DNA of 64,000 nt from Acidimicrobiia bacterium (GTDB lineage Bacteria; Actinomycetota; Acidimicrobiia; IMCC26256; PALSA-610), in contig JBBQTI010000009.1 in NCBI GenBank assembly GCA_038213435.1, positions 15,709 to 79,708 on the forward strand, in the 5' to 3' direction. Made by a program: the position numbers and the translations under genes. Position 1 is the stretch's first letter; every line of letters starts with the position of its first letter. Positions 47,644 to 57,664 of this stretch are shown here, in pieces. The notes under the pieces were generated by a model, which saw only the letters and a list, made by a program, of their open reading frames with translations, had not been told where the DNA came from and made no database searches.

Positions 47644-49050
47644 ATGCGAGGAGTCATCGGCGCCGGCGGCTACGTGCCGTTCCGGCGCCTCCAACGAGCC
47701 GAGATCACGACGACGTTCGGGAGCGGTGGAGGCAAGGGAACGCGCTCGGTCGCGTCGTACGACGAGGACACCACGACGATGGGCGTCGAGGCGGCGCGGC
47801 TCGCGCTGCGCAGCGCACCGACCGGAGCCGGTCCGGACGCGTTGTGGTTCTCCACGGCGTCACCCGCATATCTCGATAAGAACAATGCGTCCACTCTCCA
47901 CGCCGCACTGCGGCTCGACACCGAAGTCTCCGCCTTCGACTTCGGCGGCGCCCTCCGGTCGAGCTTCGGCGCACTGCGCGCCGCGCTCGACGGCGCCAAC
48001 TCCGTTTTGGTCGTCACGTCCGACCTGCGCGGCGGCCTCCCGACGAGCGGCGACGAATCGGCATCCGGCGACGGTGCGGGCGCGCTGCTGGTGGGCGACG
48101 ACAGCGATGGCCCCATCATCGCCGAGTATCTCGGTGTCGCGAGTGCGACCGAGGAGTTCCTCGAGCGGTGGCGCACCCCGGGATCGACACGGTCGCGCGT
48201 GTGGGAGGAGCGCTTCGGTGAGGTGAAGTACGGGCCGCTCGTCGAGCAGGCGTGGAACGCGGCGCTGAAGGCGGCCGAGCTCTCGGCCGACCAGGTCGGC
48301 CGGGTGATCGTCACCGGTATGCACGCCCGCGCGGTGCGTGCCGTGAGCGCGCGGCTCGGAACCGCGAAGGAAGCCCTCGTCGACGACCGCTCGTCAACGG
48401 TCGGCAACACCGGCAGCGCGCACGCCGCGCTCCTGCTCGCCGACACCCTCGAGTCTGCGCCACCCGGCCAGGTGATCGCGCTGGTCGTGCTCGCCGACGG
48501 CGCCGACGTGTTGCTGTTCCGAACCACCGACGCGATCGCTTCCTACGCGCCCGCGCGAACGGTCGCCGCGCAGGTCGAAGGCGCGGCGGATATCCCCTAC
48601 GGCAAGTTCCTCAGCTGGCGGGGCGAGGCGCGGCTCGAGCCGCCTCGGCGACCCGAACCCGACCGCATCTCGGCGTCCGTGTCGGGCCGCACCGAGGAGT
48701 GGAAGTACGCGTTCGTCGGTTCGCGCGACCGTGGCAGCGGCGAGTTGCACATGCCGCCCGCACGCATCTCCCGCGTCGGCGACGCAGTCGACGACATGCA
48801 GCCCGCGCCGATGGCCGACGTGGAGGGAACGATCGCGCTGCTGACGATCGACCGCATCGCGTACTCCCCGAGTCCGCCGGTCGCGTTCGCGGTCGTCGAC
48901 TGGGACGGCGGCGGACGCCTCCCCGTGGAGCTGACCGATGTCGACGCCGCGACCTTGCAGATGGGCGACCGCGTCGAGATGACGTTCCGCAAGCTGTTCA
49001 CGTCGGACGAGATCCACAACTACTTCTGGAAAGCCCGCCCCGTTCGCTGA
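47644..49050 (+). CDS. HMG-CoA-synthase-like domain fused to a DUF35 OB-fold
   Basis: GYVPFRRL...YDEDTTTMGVEAAR, SGDGAGA, VGNTGSA; C-terminal OB-fold ending MTFRKL...NYFWKARP. Confidence 0.88.
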   Translation: MRGVIGAGGYVPFRRLQRAEITTTFGSGGGKGTRSVASYDEDTTTMGVEAARLALRSAPTGAGPDALWFSTASPAYLDKNNASTLHAALRLDTEVSAFDFGGALRSSFGALRAALDGANSVLVVTSDLRGGLPTSGDESASGDGAGALLVGDDSDGPIIAEYLGVASATEEFLERWRTPGSTRSRVWEERFGEVKYGPLVEQAWNAALKAAELSADQVGRVIVTGMHARAVRAVSARLGTAKEALVDDRSSTVGNTGSAHAALLLADTLESAPPGQVIALVVLADGADVLLFRTTDAIASYAPARTVAAQVEGAADIPYGKFLSWRGEARLEPPRRPEPDRISASVSGRTEEWKYAFVGSRDRGSGELHMPPARISRVGDAVDDMQPAPMADVEGTIALLTIDRIAYSPSPPVAFAVVDWDGGGRLPVELTDVDAATLQMGDRVEMTFRKLFTSDEIHNYFWKARPVR

Positions 49051-49077
49051 GTCAAGCGGTGAAACAAGGAGCGCACT

Positions 49078-50274
49078 ATGGGTTCGCACGGGATCAAAGA
49101 CCGCGTCGCCATCGTCGGGATGGGTTGCACGAACTTCGGTGAGCAATGGAACAAGGGCACCGACGATCTCCTCGTCGATGCGGCGGAGGCGACATTCGCG
49201 TCGGCCGGCATCACCAAGGACGACGTCGACGCGTACTGGCTCGGCACCGCGATGTCGGGCATGAGTGGCATGGCGCTCGCGCGACCACTACAGCTGCACG
49301 ACAAGCCGGTCACGCACGTCGAGAACTTCTGCGCGACCGCCTCCGAGGCGCTGCGCAACGCGGCGTACTCCGTGGCGAGCGGCGCGTACGACGTCGCGAT
49401 GGCGATCGGCGTCGAGAAGGTGAAGGACAGCGGGTACCAAGGGCTCGTCGGCGCGGCCAAGACGCCGACCGACGGCACGGGCCGCACGCTCACGGCCGCG
49501 GCGATGTTCGCGATGTGCTCGCCCGGCTACGGCAAGAAATACGGCCTCGACGAAGCTCAGATGCGCGAGGTGCTCGCCCGCATCGCGTGGAAGAACCATT
49601 ACAACGGCGCCCGCAATCCCAGGGCCCAGTTCCGCAAAGAGGTCTCGATGGAAACCATCTGCAACGCGCCCCTGATGGCGGGCGGGCTCGGCGTGTACGA
49701 CTGCTCGGGCGTCGCCGACGGTTCGGCCGCGGCGATCATCGTTCGAGCGGAAGACGCGCACCGCTACACCGACAAACCGATCTACGTCAAGGCGCTCTCG
49801 CTCGTCGCGGGCAACTGCTCCGGTAACGCAGACCCCGACTACGACTACACGACCTTTCCCGAGATCGCGGCGACGGGGCGCGACGCGTACACCCAGGCCG
49901 GCATCACCAACCCGCGCGAGCAACTCGCGATGGCCGAAGTCCACGACTGCTTCACTCCGGCCGAGCTCCTCATCTATGAAGACCTCCAGTTCGCCGAGCG
50001 CGGGACGGCGTGGAAGGAAGTGCTCGACGGTACGTTCGATCTCGGGGCCGCGCTGCCGGTCAACCCCGACGGCGGCCTGAAGAGCTTCGGCCATCCGGTC
50101 GGCGCGTCCGGTTTGCGAATGGTCTTCGAGGCCTGGCTGCAGCTGCGGGGCGAAGCGCCCGCGGAACGCACGATCGCGCACGCCGACCGCGGACTCGCGC
50201 TCACCCACAACCTCGGCGGCTACCCGGGCGAGATGGTCTCGTTCGTCTCGATCGTCGGCAACGATCTCGGTTAA
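49078..50274 (+). CDS. SCP2-type thiolase / acetyl-CoA acetyltransferase
   Basis: VENFCATAS, EVHDCF, NPDGGLKSFGHPVGASG, HNLGG. Confidence 0.93.
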   Translation: MGSHGIKDRVAIVGMGCTNFGEQWNKGTDDLLVDAAEATFASAGITKDDVDAYWLGTAMSGMSGMALARPLQLHDKPVTHVENFCATASEALRNAAYSVASGAYDVAMAIGVEKVKDSGYQGLVGAAKTPTDGTGRTLTAAAMFAMCSPGYGKKYGLDEAQMREVLARIAWKNHYNGARNPRAQFRKEVSMETICNAPLMAGGLGVYDCSGVADGSAAAIIVRAEDAHRYTDKPIYVKALSLVAGNCSGNADPDYDYTTFPEIAATGRDAYTQAGITNPREQLAMAEVHDCFTPAELLIYEDLQFAERGTAWKEVLDGTFDLGAALPVNPDGGLKSFGHPVGASGLRMVFEAWLQLRGEAPAERTIAHADRGLALTHNLGGYPGEMVSFVSIVGNDLG

Positions 50275-50315
50275 CAACTCGCCTCCGGTCGCCGCTACCG
50301 TCTCACTGCTCGGGC

Positions 50316-53168
50316 ATGATGCGGCCCGTGGTCGATATCGGCGAGCCTGAAGTCGTCACCCGCCTCGGGCGGGGCGTGATTGTGGGCCCAAAGACTGTGG
50401 CGCCCGATCACTGGGCCCGCACCGATCGGGTCGTGATCGACGACGCGGCGCTACGCGATCCGGGCGCGGCGCTCGAGACGTTGCACCACCACTGGTCGCA
50501 ACGAATCCCGGTGGTCGTCGAGCTGCGGTGTTCGGCCGACGAGCTCCGGGCCCCGGAGACCGAGCCGGTCAGGCCGCCGTACGCGCTCTCGCCCCACTTC
50601 GAGTTCGGCCGCGAGCGCCTCTACTTCCTCGCCCGCGCCAACAACTACGACGACCGCGCCGGCCGCATGGTGTGGGGTCCGACCCTCGAGGCCACACGGC
50701 TCGGTGCCACAGCTTCCGAAGTCGCCGACGTGCTCATCGACGGCGACACGCCGGCCTGGTGCGACGGAGGTCCGCGCGCGGGCGCAACGCCCGTGCCCGG
50801 CGGTCACGTGCTGGTGCATCGCAACAGCCTCGAACAGCAACTGCTCGTCCCCGATCGGCGCGTGACTCCGCAGGGGGAGCTTGCGGCCGACCAGCTCGCG
50901 GCCGTCGTTCACGACACCGGCGCGGCGCGCGTCATCGCACCCGCGGGCTCGGGCAAGACCCGCGTCCTCACCGAGCGCTTCCGCCTGCTCGTCGACCGCG
51001 GCTGGAGCCCGCGCTCGATCACCGCGGTCGCGTACAACGTCCGGGCGAAGGACACGATGCGGGCGCGCCTGGCCGACCTGCCCGAGGGCGCGCGACGCCG
51101 AGTCCGCACCCTGCACGCGCTGGGCAACGACGTCCTTCGGCGCGCCGGCGGCGACCACGCCCTCATCGACGAGTGGGAGATGCGCCGGCGCATCGAGGCG
51201 CTCGTGCCCGTGAAGCCCCGAGCGAACACCGACATGTACGCCCCGTATCTGGAAGCGTTGGGCGAGGTGCGCCTCGGGCTCGCCGACCCGAACGTGATCG
51301 AGGCGCAACGCGACGACGTTGCCGGCTTCGGCGCGATGTTCGCCGAGTACCGCGACAAGCTGCGGGCCGACCGTGCCATCGACCACGACGAGCAGATCTA
51401 CGGCGCGATCGAGGCCCTCCTGCGCGCCCCCGAGGTCCGCAACGAGTTCCAGCGGGAGGGCCGCCACCTCCTGGTCGACGAGTTCCAGGACCTCACGCCG
51501 GCCCAACTCCTGCTCCTGCGCCTCATCGCCGCGCCGGCTTACGACGTCTTCGGTGTCGGCGACGACGATCAGGTCATCTACGGCTACGCGGGTGCCGATC
51601 CGGAGTTCCTCATCAACTACGACCGCTACTTCCCCGGCGGGGCGCACCACGCGCTCGCGACGAACTACCGCTGCCCGGGACCGGTCGTCGCCGCGACCCG
51701 GAACCTCCTCTCGTACAACCGGCGGCGGATCGACAAGGAGATCGTCGCGGCCAAGACCAGCGGCGACGGCGACGCGCTCTCTGTCGCGACCGCGGCCCCG
51801 GAACGCGTCGCGCGCGCCGCGGTCGACCAGGTCACCGCGTGGCTCGAACGTGATGTCCGGGCCGCCGACATCGCAGTGCTGAGTCGCGTGAATTCGGTGC
51901 TGCTGCCCGTGCAACTTCTTCTCGGCGAGGCGAGCGTGCCCTGCTGGACGCCGGTGAGCGTCGCCGTGTTGAACCGAACCGGCACCCGCACCGCACTCGC
52001 ATACCTTCGCCTCGCGCTCGCGGCCGGCAACGACACCGGTTTCCACGGCAGCGACCTCGCGCTCGCGGCGCGTCGTCCGAGCCGCTCGCTTCGGCGAGAG
52101 GTGCTGCAACGACTCGAGCGCCGCCGGCAGTGGCGCCTTTCGCTGCTGCGCCGCGAGGCCGACGGCCTCAATGCGTCCGCCGCGGGCAAGTTCGAGGCGT
52201 TCTGTGACGACCTCGAATCGCTCGGGCACGCCTTCGAGGCAGGTGCCACCACCAACCAGCTGCTCACCGGAATCCGCGACGATGTCGGCCTTGGTGCCGC
52301 GCTCGCGACCCTCGACCTGTCGGGAAAGGCTCCCGACGCCAGCCACCGCGACGATCTGAACGCGCTGATCGCGGTGGCCACCAACGAATCCGATCCCGCC
52401 GCCTTCGAGCCGTGGTTGCGCGCCCGGCTGCGGGCCGCGAACGAGCCCGCGCGAAGCGACGGTGTCGCGTTGTCGACGGTGCACCGCGTGAAGGGCATGG
52501 AGTGGCCGTTCGTCGTCGTGCTGGGCGCGCACGACGGGCTCATGCCCCACGCGCTCGCCGACGACATCGAAGAGGAGCGTCGTATCTTCCACGTCGCCAT
52601 CACCCGCGGCGACACCGCGGTGCACGTCGTTGCCGACGAGGGGTCTCCTCGGCCGTTTCTCGAAGAGCTCCTCGAACCCGCGCCACCCGAAGCCTCGCGA
52701 CCGGTCCGTGCGGTCGCGAGCGCGACAGCCACGTCCTCCCCGCCCCGCGCCCGCAACACCTTCGCGGCCGAGCTCGGCATGGAGGTGACGTTCGCCGGAT
52801 CGAGCGGTCCGATCGTCGAGCTGCGGACCGAAGCCGCGGTGCTCGAGGATGCGAACGGTGCCCGAGTCGTGATCCCCTTCGGCGAGCGCGTCGAACGCGA
52901 CGGCCGCCGGGCGCAGCTCACGCGCGGAGCGTCGGCCGACGTCACGCACGCGTCACCCGGGCTCGTCACCGCCCTCAAGGCCTGGCGCAAGCAGCGAGCG
53001 TCGAGCGACGGCGTACCCGCGTACATCGTGCTCAGCGACGCGCACCTGGAGGGCATCGCCGATCGCCGCCCCGAGTCGCTGGCCGATTTGGCGCGCTGCA
53101 CCGGCATCGGCCCGACCAAGCTCGAGCGCTACGGCGACGAGATCATCGCGGTGATCGCCGACGACTGA
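50316..53168 (+). CDS. UvrD/Rep-family helicase with an N-terminal extension and C-terminal HRDC domain
   Basis: APAGSGKT, LVDEFQD, VGDDDQVIYG, NYRC, STVHRVKGMEW, EERRIFHVAITRG; HRDC LKAWRK...VPAYIV...GIGPTKLERYG. Start approximate. Confidence 0.92.
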   Translation: MMRPVVDIGEPEVVTRLGRGVIVGPKTVAPDHWARTDRVVIDDAALRDPGAALETLHHHWSQRIPVVVELRCSADELRAPETEPVRPPYALSPHFEFGRERLYFLARANNYDDRAGRMVWGPTLEATRLGATASEVADVLIDGDTPAWCDGGPRAGATPVPGGHVLVHRNSLEQQLLVPDRRVTPQGELAADQLAAVVHDTGAARVIAPAGSGKTRVLTERFRLLVDRGWSPRSITAVAYNVRAKDTMRARLADLPEGARRRVRTLHALGNDVLRRAGGDHALIDEWEMRRRIEALVPVKPRANTDMYAPYLEALGEVRLGLADPNVIEAQRDDVAGFGAMFAEYRDKLRADRAIDHDEQIYGAIEALLRAPEVRNEFQREGRHLLVDEFQDLTPAQLLLLRLIAAPAYDVFGVGDDDQVIYGYAGADPEFLINYDRYFPGGAHHALATNYRCPGPVVAATRNLLSYNRRRIDKEIVAAKTSGDGDALSVATAAPERVARAAVDQVTAWLERDVRAADIAVLSRVNSVLLPVQLLLGEASVPCWTPVSVAVLNRTGTRTALAYLRLALAAGNDTGFHGSDLALAARRPSRSLRREVLQRLERRRQWRLSLLRREADGLNASAAGKFEAFCDDLESLGHAFEAGATTNQLLTGIRDDVGLGAALATLDLSGKAPDASHRDDLNALIAVATNESDPAAFEPWLRARLRAANEPARSDGVALSTVHRVKGMEWPFVVVLGAHDGLMPHALADDIEEERRIFHVAITRGDTAVHVVADEGSPRPFLEELLEPAPPEASRPVRAVASATATSSPPRARNTFAAELGMEVTFAGSSGPIVELRTEAAVLEDANGARVVIPFGERVERDGRRAQLTRGASADVTHASPGLVTALKAWRKQRASSDGVPAYIVLSDAHLEGIADRRPESLADLARCTGIGPTKLERYGDEIIAVIADD

Positions 53169-53174
53169 TTCCCC

Positions 53175-53210
53175 TTGACGAGGCCGGGCTATAACCCCAA
53201 TATAACCCCC
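53175..53210 (+). promoter_or_regulatory. Putative leaderless promoter overlapped by TATAACCCC direct repeats
   Basis: TTGACG-N17-CAATAT-N7-ATG; TATAACCCC at 53190 and 53201 (11-bp period). Confidence 0.6.
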
Positions 53211-53915
53211 ATGCCGAAGATCAACGTGTACCTCCCGGACGACCTCGCCGCCGCGGTGCGCGACGCGCACGTGCCCGTCTCGGCGGTGTGCCAGAGCGCG
53301 CTCGAACGGGCCGTTCGCGACGTCGCTTCGCTGCGAGCGACAGACCTGGCCCCGCCCGAGGACCATCCCGGGCTCGGGACGTTCGGGCGCTTCACGCCGC
53401 GCGCTCGAAGGGCACTCGCGCTCGCCGAGGACGCCGCCCGTGCGGTGCCGCACAACTATGTGGGCACGGAGCACCTCTTGCTCGGTCTCATCGGCGAGGG
53501 CGGGAACCTCGCGGTCAAGGTGCTCGAGGCGCTCGACATCGAGCTCACGGATCTGCGCGCCGATGTGCTGGGTTCCATGGGGCCACCGAGCGATGCTGTC
53601 GAGGGGCGAATTGCGTTCACGCCTTTGGCGAAGCAGGCGCTCGAGGACACAGCTGCCGAGGCGCGCGGCATGGCCCACAACTACATCGGCTGCGAGCATG
53701 TGCTCCTCGGGCTGATCGCGACCGAGAAGGGCCTGGCGAGCGAGGTATTGCGGCGGATGGGTGTCGAACGCATTACCACCCGAAGGGCAGTGATCACCGC
53801 CTTGTCGGGATTCGTGCACGCTCGGCAAAACCCGGCGCCGGCACGCAACACGGCCGACGCGCTGCAACAGATCCTTCAACGCCTCGACATCATCGAACAA
53901 CGCCTCGCCGGCTGA
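53211..53915 (+). CDS. RHH-like DNA-binding domain fused to a double Clp-N domain
   Basis: MPKINVYLPDDL...VSAVCQSAL; RFTPRARRAL...HNYVGTEHLLLGL and FTPLAKQAL...HNYIGCEHVLLGL; no AAA+ domain. Confidence 0.88.
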   Translation: MPKINVYLPDDLAAAVRDAHVPVSAVCQSALERAVRDVASLRATDLAPPEDHPGLGTFGRFTPRARRALALAEDAARAVPHNYVGTEHLLLGLIGEGGNLAVKVLEALDIELTDLRADVLGSMGPPSDAVEGRIAFTPLAKQALEDTAAEARGMAHNYIGCEHVLLGLIATEKGLASEVLRRMGVERITTRRAVITALSGFVHARQNPAPARNTADALQQILQRLDIIEQRLAG

Positions 53916-53935
53916 ATCCAACTGCGCACCACCGG

Positions 53936-55741
53936 CTACCGGTAGGCACGGGCCTGCATCGCGTAGAGCTCGGCGTAGAGCGCGGCCCGCGCGATCAACT
54001 CGTCGTGAGCACCGGACTCGACCACCCGCGCACCGTCGAGCACCACGATCTGGTCGGCCATGCGCACGGTCGAGAACCGATGTGAGACCAGCACCGTGAT
54101 GCGGCCGTCGTCGCTCGCCGCGCGCGACGCGGCTGCGAACCGCTCGAACAACGCGTGCTCCGTCTCGGCGTCGAGCGCGGCCGTCGGCTCGTCGAGAACG
54201 CAGAGGAGCGGATCGTCGCGCATGAAACCGCGCGCGAGCGCAAGCTTCTGCCACTGACCGATCGACAGCTCGATGCCTTCGTTCCACGTCGGCCCGAGCT
54301 GCGTGTCGAGACCGAGCGGCATGCGCGCGACCACGTCCGCGGCGCCGGCGCGCGCGACCGCCGCGCCGACGGCGACCTCGTCGCCGGCGCGATCGAGCTC
54401 GCCCACGCCGATCGAGCGCCGGGCGTCGTACTCGAAGCGGAAGAAGTCCTGGAACGCACCCGAGAGGCGATCGCGCCACTCCTGCGCCGGCATGCGGGCC
54501 ACGTCGACACCGTCGACTGTGATGCGGCCCTCCGTCGGCTCGTAGAAGCGGCAGAGGAGCTTCACCAACGTCGTCTTGCCGGCGCCGTTCTCGCCGACGA
54601 GCGCGACGACCGATCCCGCCCGCAGCTCGAGATCGACGTCGTCGAGCACGAGCGTCTCGGTTCCGGGATAGCGGAACGACACGTGCTCGAAGCGGATCGC
54701 GTCCCGAAAGGAAGTCGGGACGGGGGAATCGGCGGCGTCGAGATTCGTCGCCGCGTAGTCCTCCAGCCAGGCGAGTCGTTGTGACGCGTCGAGCGTCCAG
54801 CGCAAGAACTCCGCCTGACCAACGGTGACGCCCAGGTAACGCGAGAGGTTCGCGCCGGCGGCAAGCGCGAGCAACACGTCACCGGCGGAGCGGTGGAGGC
54901 CCGACGCGACGATCACAACTGCACCGACGTACGCCGTCCCGAAGACCGCCCACGCCGCGGTGTGACTCAGCGCGCTGATCCAGCGGGCGCGAGACACCTC
55001 GGCAAACCACGTCTCCCACGCATCCCGCCGGCGCGTGGTCAGAAGCGCCTCCGTCCGGCTCACCCGGATTTCCTTGCCGGGACCGGCTGCGGTGCCGACG
55101 TCGAACAAGTGGCGAGCGAGCCGAGCATTGGGCGCGGCGTGCTCCTCCGTCCGGCGCTCGACTCCGGCCCGCCAGGTCGAGACGACGGCCGGCGGGATCG
55201 CGAACACGACCAGCAGGACGAGCACGGGATGGATCGACGCGAGCAGCGCGACCGTGATCGCGATCCGTCCCACCGATCCGACGGTGCTCATCAGCGACTC
55301 GTAGAGGTGATTCAGGAGGAACACCTGCTCGCGCAGGAGTTGCAGCCGGTCGAGGTACTCGGGGCGTTCGTGGTGCTCGATGCTCGCGACCGACGCCTGG
55401 AGATGCGCGACGTGGGCCTCGATCTCGATCGTGGCCCGATCGCGGAAGCGGCTCTGAATCCGGTCGCCGAGCGTCCGCAACAGCCAGCCTGCGGCGGCCG
55501 CCGCCGCGAGCCCGAACGCCGACCACATCACGAGCGAACGTCGATGCTCGGTGACGCCGTTCGCGAGCAGCTTCAGCCACAGCGCCCCGAACGCGTCCGG
55601 CAACCACGAGCCCGCGACGAGCACGAAGGACACGATGAGCAGGCGCGGTTCGGCGCGGTACGCGATGCGCATGGAGCGCGCCAACGACCGCCACACGGGC
55701 GGGAGGTCGGCATCGGAGGAGTTGGGGCGGCGGAAGCTCAC
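53936..55741 (-). CDS. ABC exporter, fused permease and ATPase
   Basis: TM domain; GENGAGKTT, LSIGQWQK, LDEPTAALD, SHRFST. Confidence 0.93.
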   Translation of the reverse strand: MSFRRPNSSDADLPPVWRSLARSMRIAYRAEPRLLIVSFVLVAGSWLPDAFGALWLKLLANGVTEHRRSLVMWSAFGLAAAAAAGWLLRTLGDRIQSRFRDRATIEIEAHVAHLQASVASIEHHERPEYLDRLQLLREQVFLLNHLYESLMSTVGSVGRIAITVALLASIHPVLVLLVVFAIPPAVVSTWRAGVERRTEEHAAPNARLARHLFDVGTAAGPGKEIRVSRTEALLTTRRRDAWETWFAEVSRARWISALSHTAAWAVFGTAYVGAVVIVASGLHRSAGDVLLALAAGANLSRYLGVTVGQAEFLRWTLDASQRLAWLEDYAATNLDAADSPVPTSFRDAIRFEHVSFRYPGTETLVLDDVDLELRAGSVVALVGENGAGKTTLVKLLCRFYEPTEGRITVDGVDVARMPAQEWRDRLSGAFQDFFRFEYDARRSIGVGELDRAGDEVAVGAAVARAGAADVVARMPLGLDTQLGPTWNEGIELSIGQWQKLALARGFMRDDPLLCVLDEPTAALDAETEHALFERFAAASRAASDDGRITVLVSHRFSTVRMADQIVVLDGARVVESGAHDELIARAALYAELYAMQARAYR

Positions 55742-57543
55742 GCCCGCTCCTCCAACGACACTTCGTCTCCGTCCACGAGGTCGCCGTCGTCGAAGCGTGA
55801 CGCTTGCAACTCGAACATGGCCCGGTATCGCCCGTCGAGTTCGATCAACTCCTCGTGCGTACCAATCTCGACGACGCGTCCCGCTTCGACGACGCAGATG
55901 AGGTCGGCGCGGCGCACGGTCGAGAAGCGATGCGAGATGAGGATCGTCGTCGCGCCGCGCGTCGCGTCGATGAGGCGTTCGAAGATCTCGAGCTCGCCGC
56001 GCACATCGAGCTGTGCGGTCGGCTCGTCGAGGACGACGACACCCGCGCCCAATCGCACCGCGCACAGGGCTCGGGCCAAGGCCACGCGCTGCCATTGCCC
56101 GCCCGAAAGGTCACGCCCTCCCTCGTAGGCACGCGACAGGACTGTGTCCAGTGAGGCCAGATCGTCGGCGTGGGCATCCGACAGCGCGGCGAGAATTTCG
56201 GCATCGGGCGCGCCGCCGGGCGCGACGTTGTCGCGCAACGGCAATTCGTAGCGCAGGTAGTCCTGGAACACCGCCGCCAGGCGCGAGCGCCACGAAGCCA
56301 GGTCGAGATCGCGCAGATCGACTCCGTCGACGAGGATCGCTCCGGCGGTCGGGTCGTACATCCGGCACAACAGCTTCGCGAGCGTGGTCTTACCGGCACC
56401 GTTCTTGCCGACGATCGCGAGCGAACCGCCGGCCGGGATGGTGAGGTCGAAGCCGTCGAGCACGAGCCGGTCACCGGACGGATATCCGAACCGGACGCCT
56501 TCGAAGCGAATCTCGTGGCTCGGTAGTGCGTCGGCCGATCGGGTTCCCGACGCGAGCGCGCCGGACGAACCCATGCGCGCGGCCAGGTCGAGCACGAGCG
56601 GCACCGGCTGCGCGCTCGTGCGCAGCCACCAGTCGTATTCGCCGAACGCGAGCGCGCTGGCGCCGACCGCGGCCTGCGCGTACACGACGAGTGCTCCCAG
56701 CGCGATGTGCCCCCCGCTCGCGTCGCGACCCAACGACCAGAAGAACAAGCCGTTCGCGACGCCGACGACAACGATCGCGTAGGCCGTCGACCGCGCGCCG
56801 AGCCGGCGATCGGCCCACGAAAGGTCGAGCAACTGCCGGCGGAGCGACGAGAAGCCACCGACGATCCAGCCGGCGAGACCGAACAGGCGCACCTCTTTGG
56901 CGGCCGGCGACTCGACGCTGAGGCGATAGGCGTAGCCCGCGCGTCGCTGTTTTTCGACCATCTCGTCGGTCGTCCGACCGTGCCAGATCGAGGCCGACTT
57001 CAAGAAGTGATGGGTCGATCCCCACGCGCCCCCGAGCAGCAGCGGCGCCCACCAGCGGTAGCCGAACAAAAGCGTCGCCTGCGCGATACCGCCGGCGAAC
57101 GACGCGAACCCGCCGCCGATGTTCGGCATCGACACGATGAGTCCCGGGCCGGAGATCCCGAGATCGAATTCGCGCGCCGCCGACAGGTCGTCCGCGAGAT
57201 CGGAGCGTTCCAAGTGTCCGAGCCCGGGCGGTCGGACGCACGCGTGCATCAGTTGATCGTGCAGCCACGCCGACAGCTGCGCTCCGAGGTTCGACGACAC
57301 TGCATCGTGCACCGGACCGAGCGCCTGGAGCGCGACGAACACGATCCCGATCAGGGTCAACGGGATCGCGAGCGAGTCGCCGTGCTGCACCGCCGACACG
57401 AGGACACCCATCGCCACGACGAATGCCGCCGGCAGCAATCCTCGCAACAGGACAAGCGACCACCATACGATCGAGAGCCGCGGGCTGGCCGAGAAGAACG
57501 CCCCGAACAACCGCCACTCCGCCGACTGGCGAAACCTCCTCAC
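55738..57543 (-). CDS. ABC exporter, fused permease and ATPase (heterodimer partner)
   Basis: GKNGAGKTT, LSGGQWQR, LDEPTAQLD, SHRFST; GTGA overlap with its partner. Confidence 0.93.
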   Translation of the reverse strand: MRRFRQSAEWRLFGAFFSASPRLSIVWWSLVLLRGLLPAAFVVAMGVLVSAVQHGDSLAIPLTLIGIVFVALQALGPVHDAVSSNLGAQLSAWLHDQLMHACVRPPGLGHLERSDLADDLSAAREFDLGISGPGLIVSMPNIGGGFASFAGGIAQATLLFGYRWWAPLLLGGAWGSTHHFLKSASIWHGRTTDEMVEKQRRAGYAYRLSVESPAAKEVRLFGLAGWIVGGFSSLRRQLLDLSWADRRLGARSTAYAIVVVGVANGLFFWSLGRDASGGHIALGALVVYAQAAVGASALAFGEYDWWLRTSAQPVPLVLDLAARMGSSGALASGTRSADALPSHEIRFEGVRFGYPSGDRLVLDGFDLTIPAGGSLAIVGKNGAGKTTLAKLLCRMYDPTAGAILVDGVDLRDLDLASWRSRLAAVFQDYLRYELPLRDNVAPGGAPDAEILAALSDAHADDLASLDTVLSRAYEGGRDLSGGQWQRVALARALCAVRLGAGVVVLDEPTAQLDVRGELEIFERLIDATRGATTILISHRFSTVRRADLICVVEAGRVVEIGTHEELIELDGRYRAMFELQASRFDDGDLVDGDEVSLEERA

Positions 57544-57664
57544 TCTCGCACCCCCTGAGCTGCCGATGCTCGCACACGGTGAGGCGCGCTTGCATCAACC
57601 TGCCCGATCGGATCATCGTCTGAGCCCCGATTCCTCCGACGGCCATCACCAGAGAGGCGCGCCG

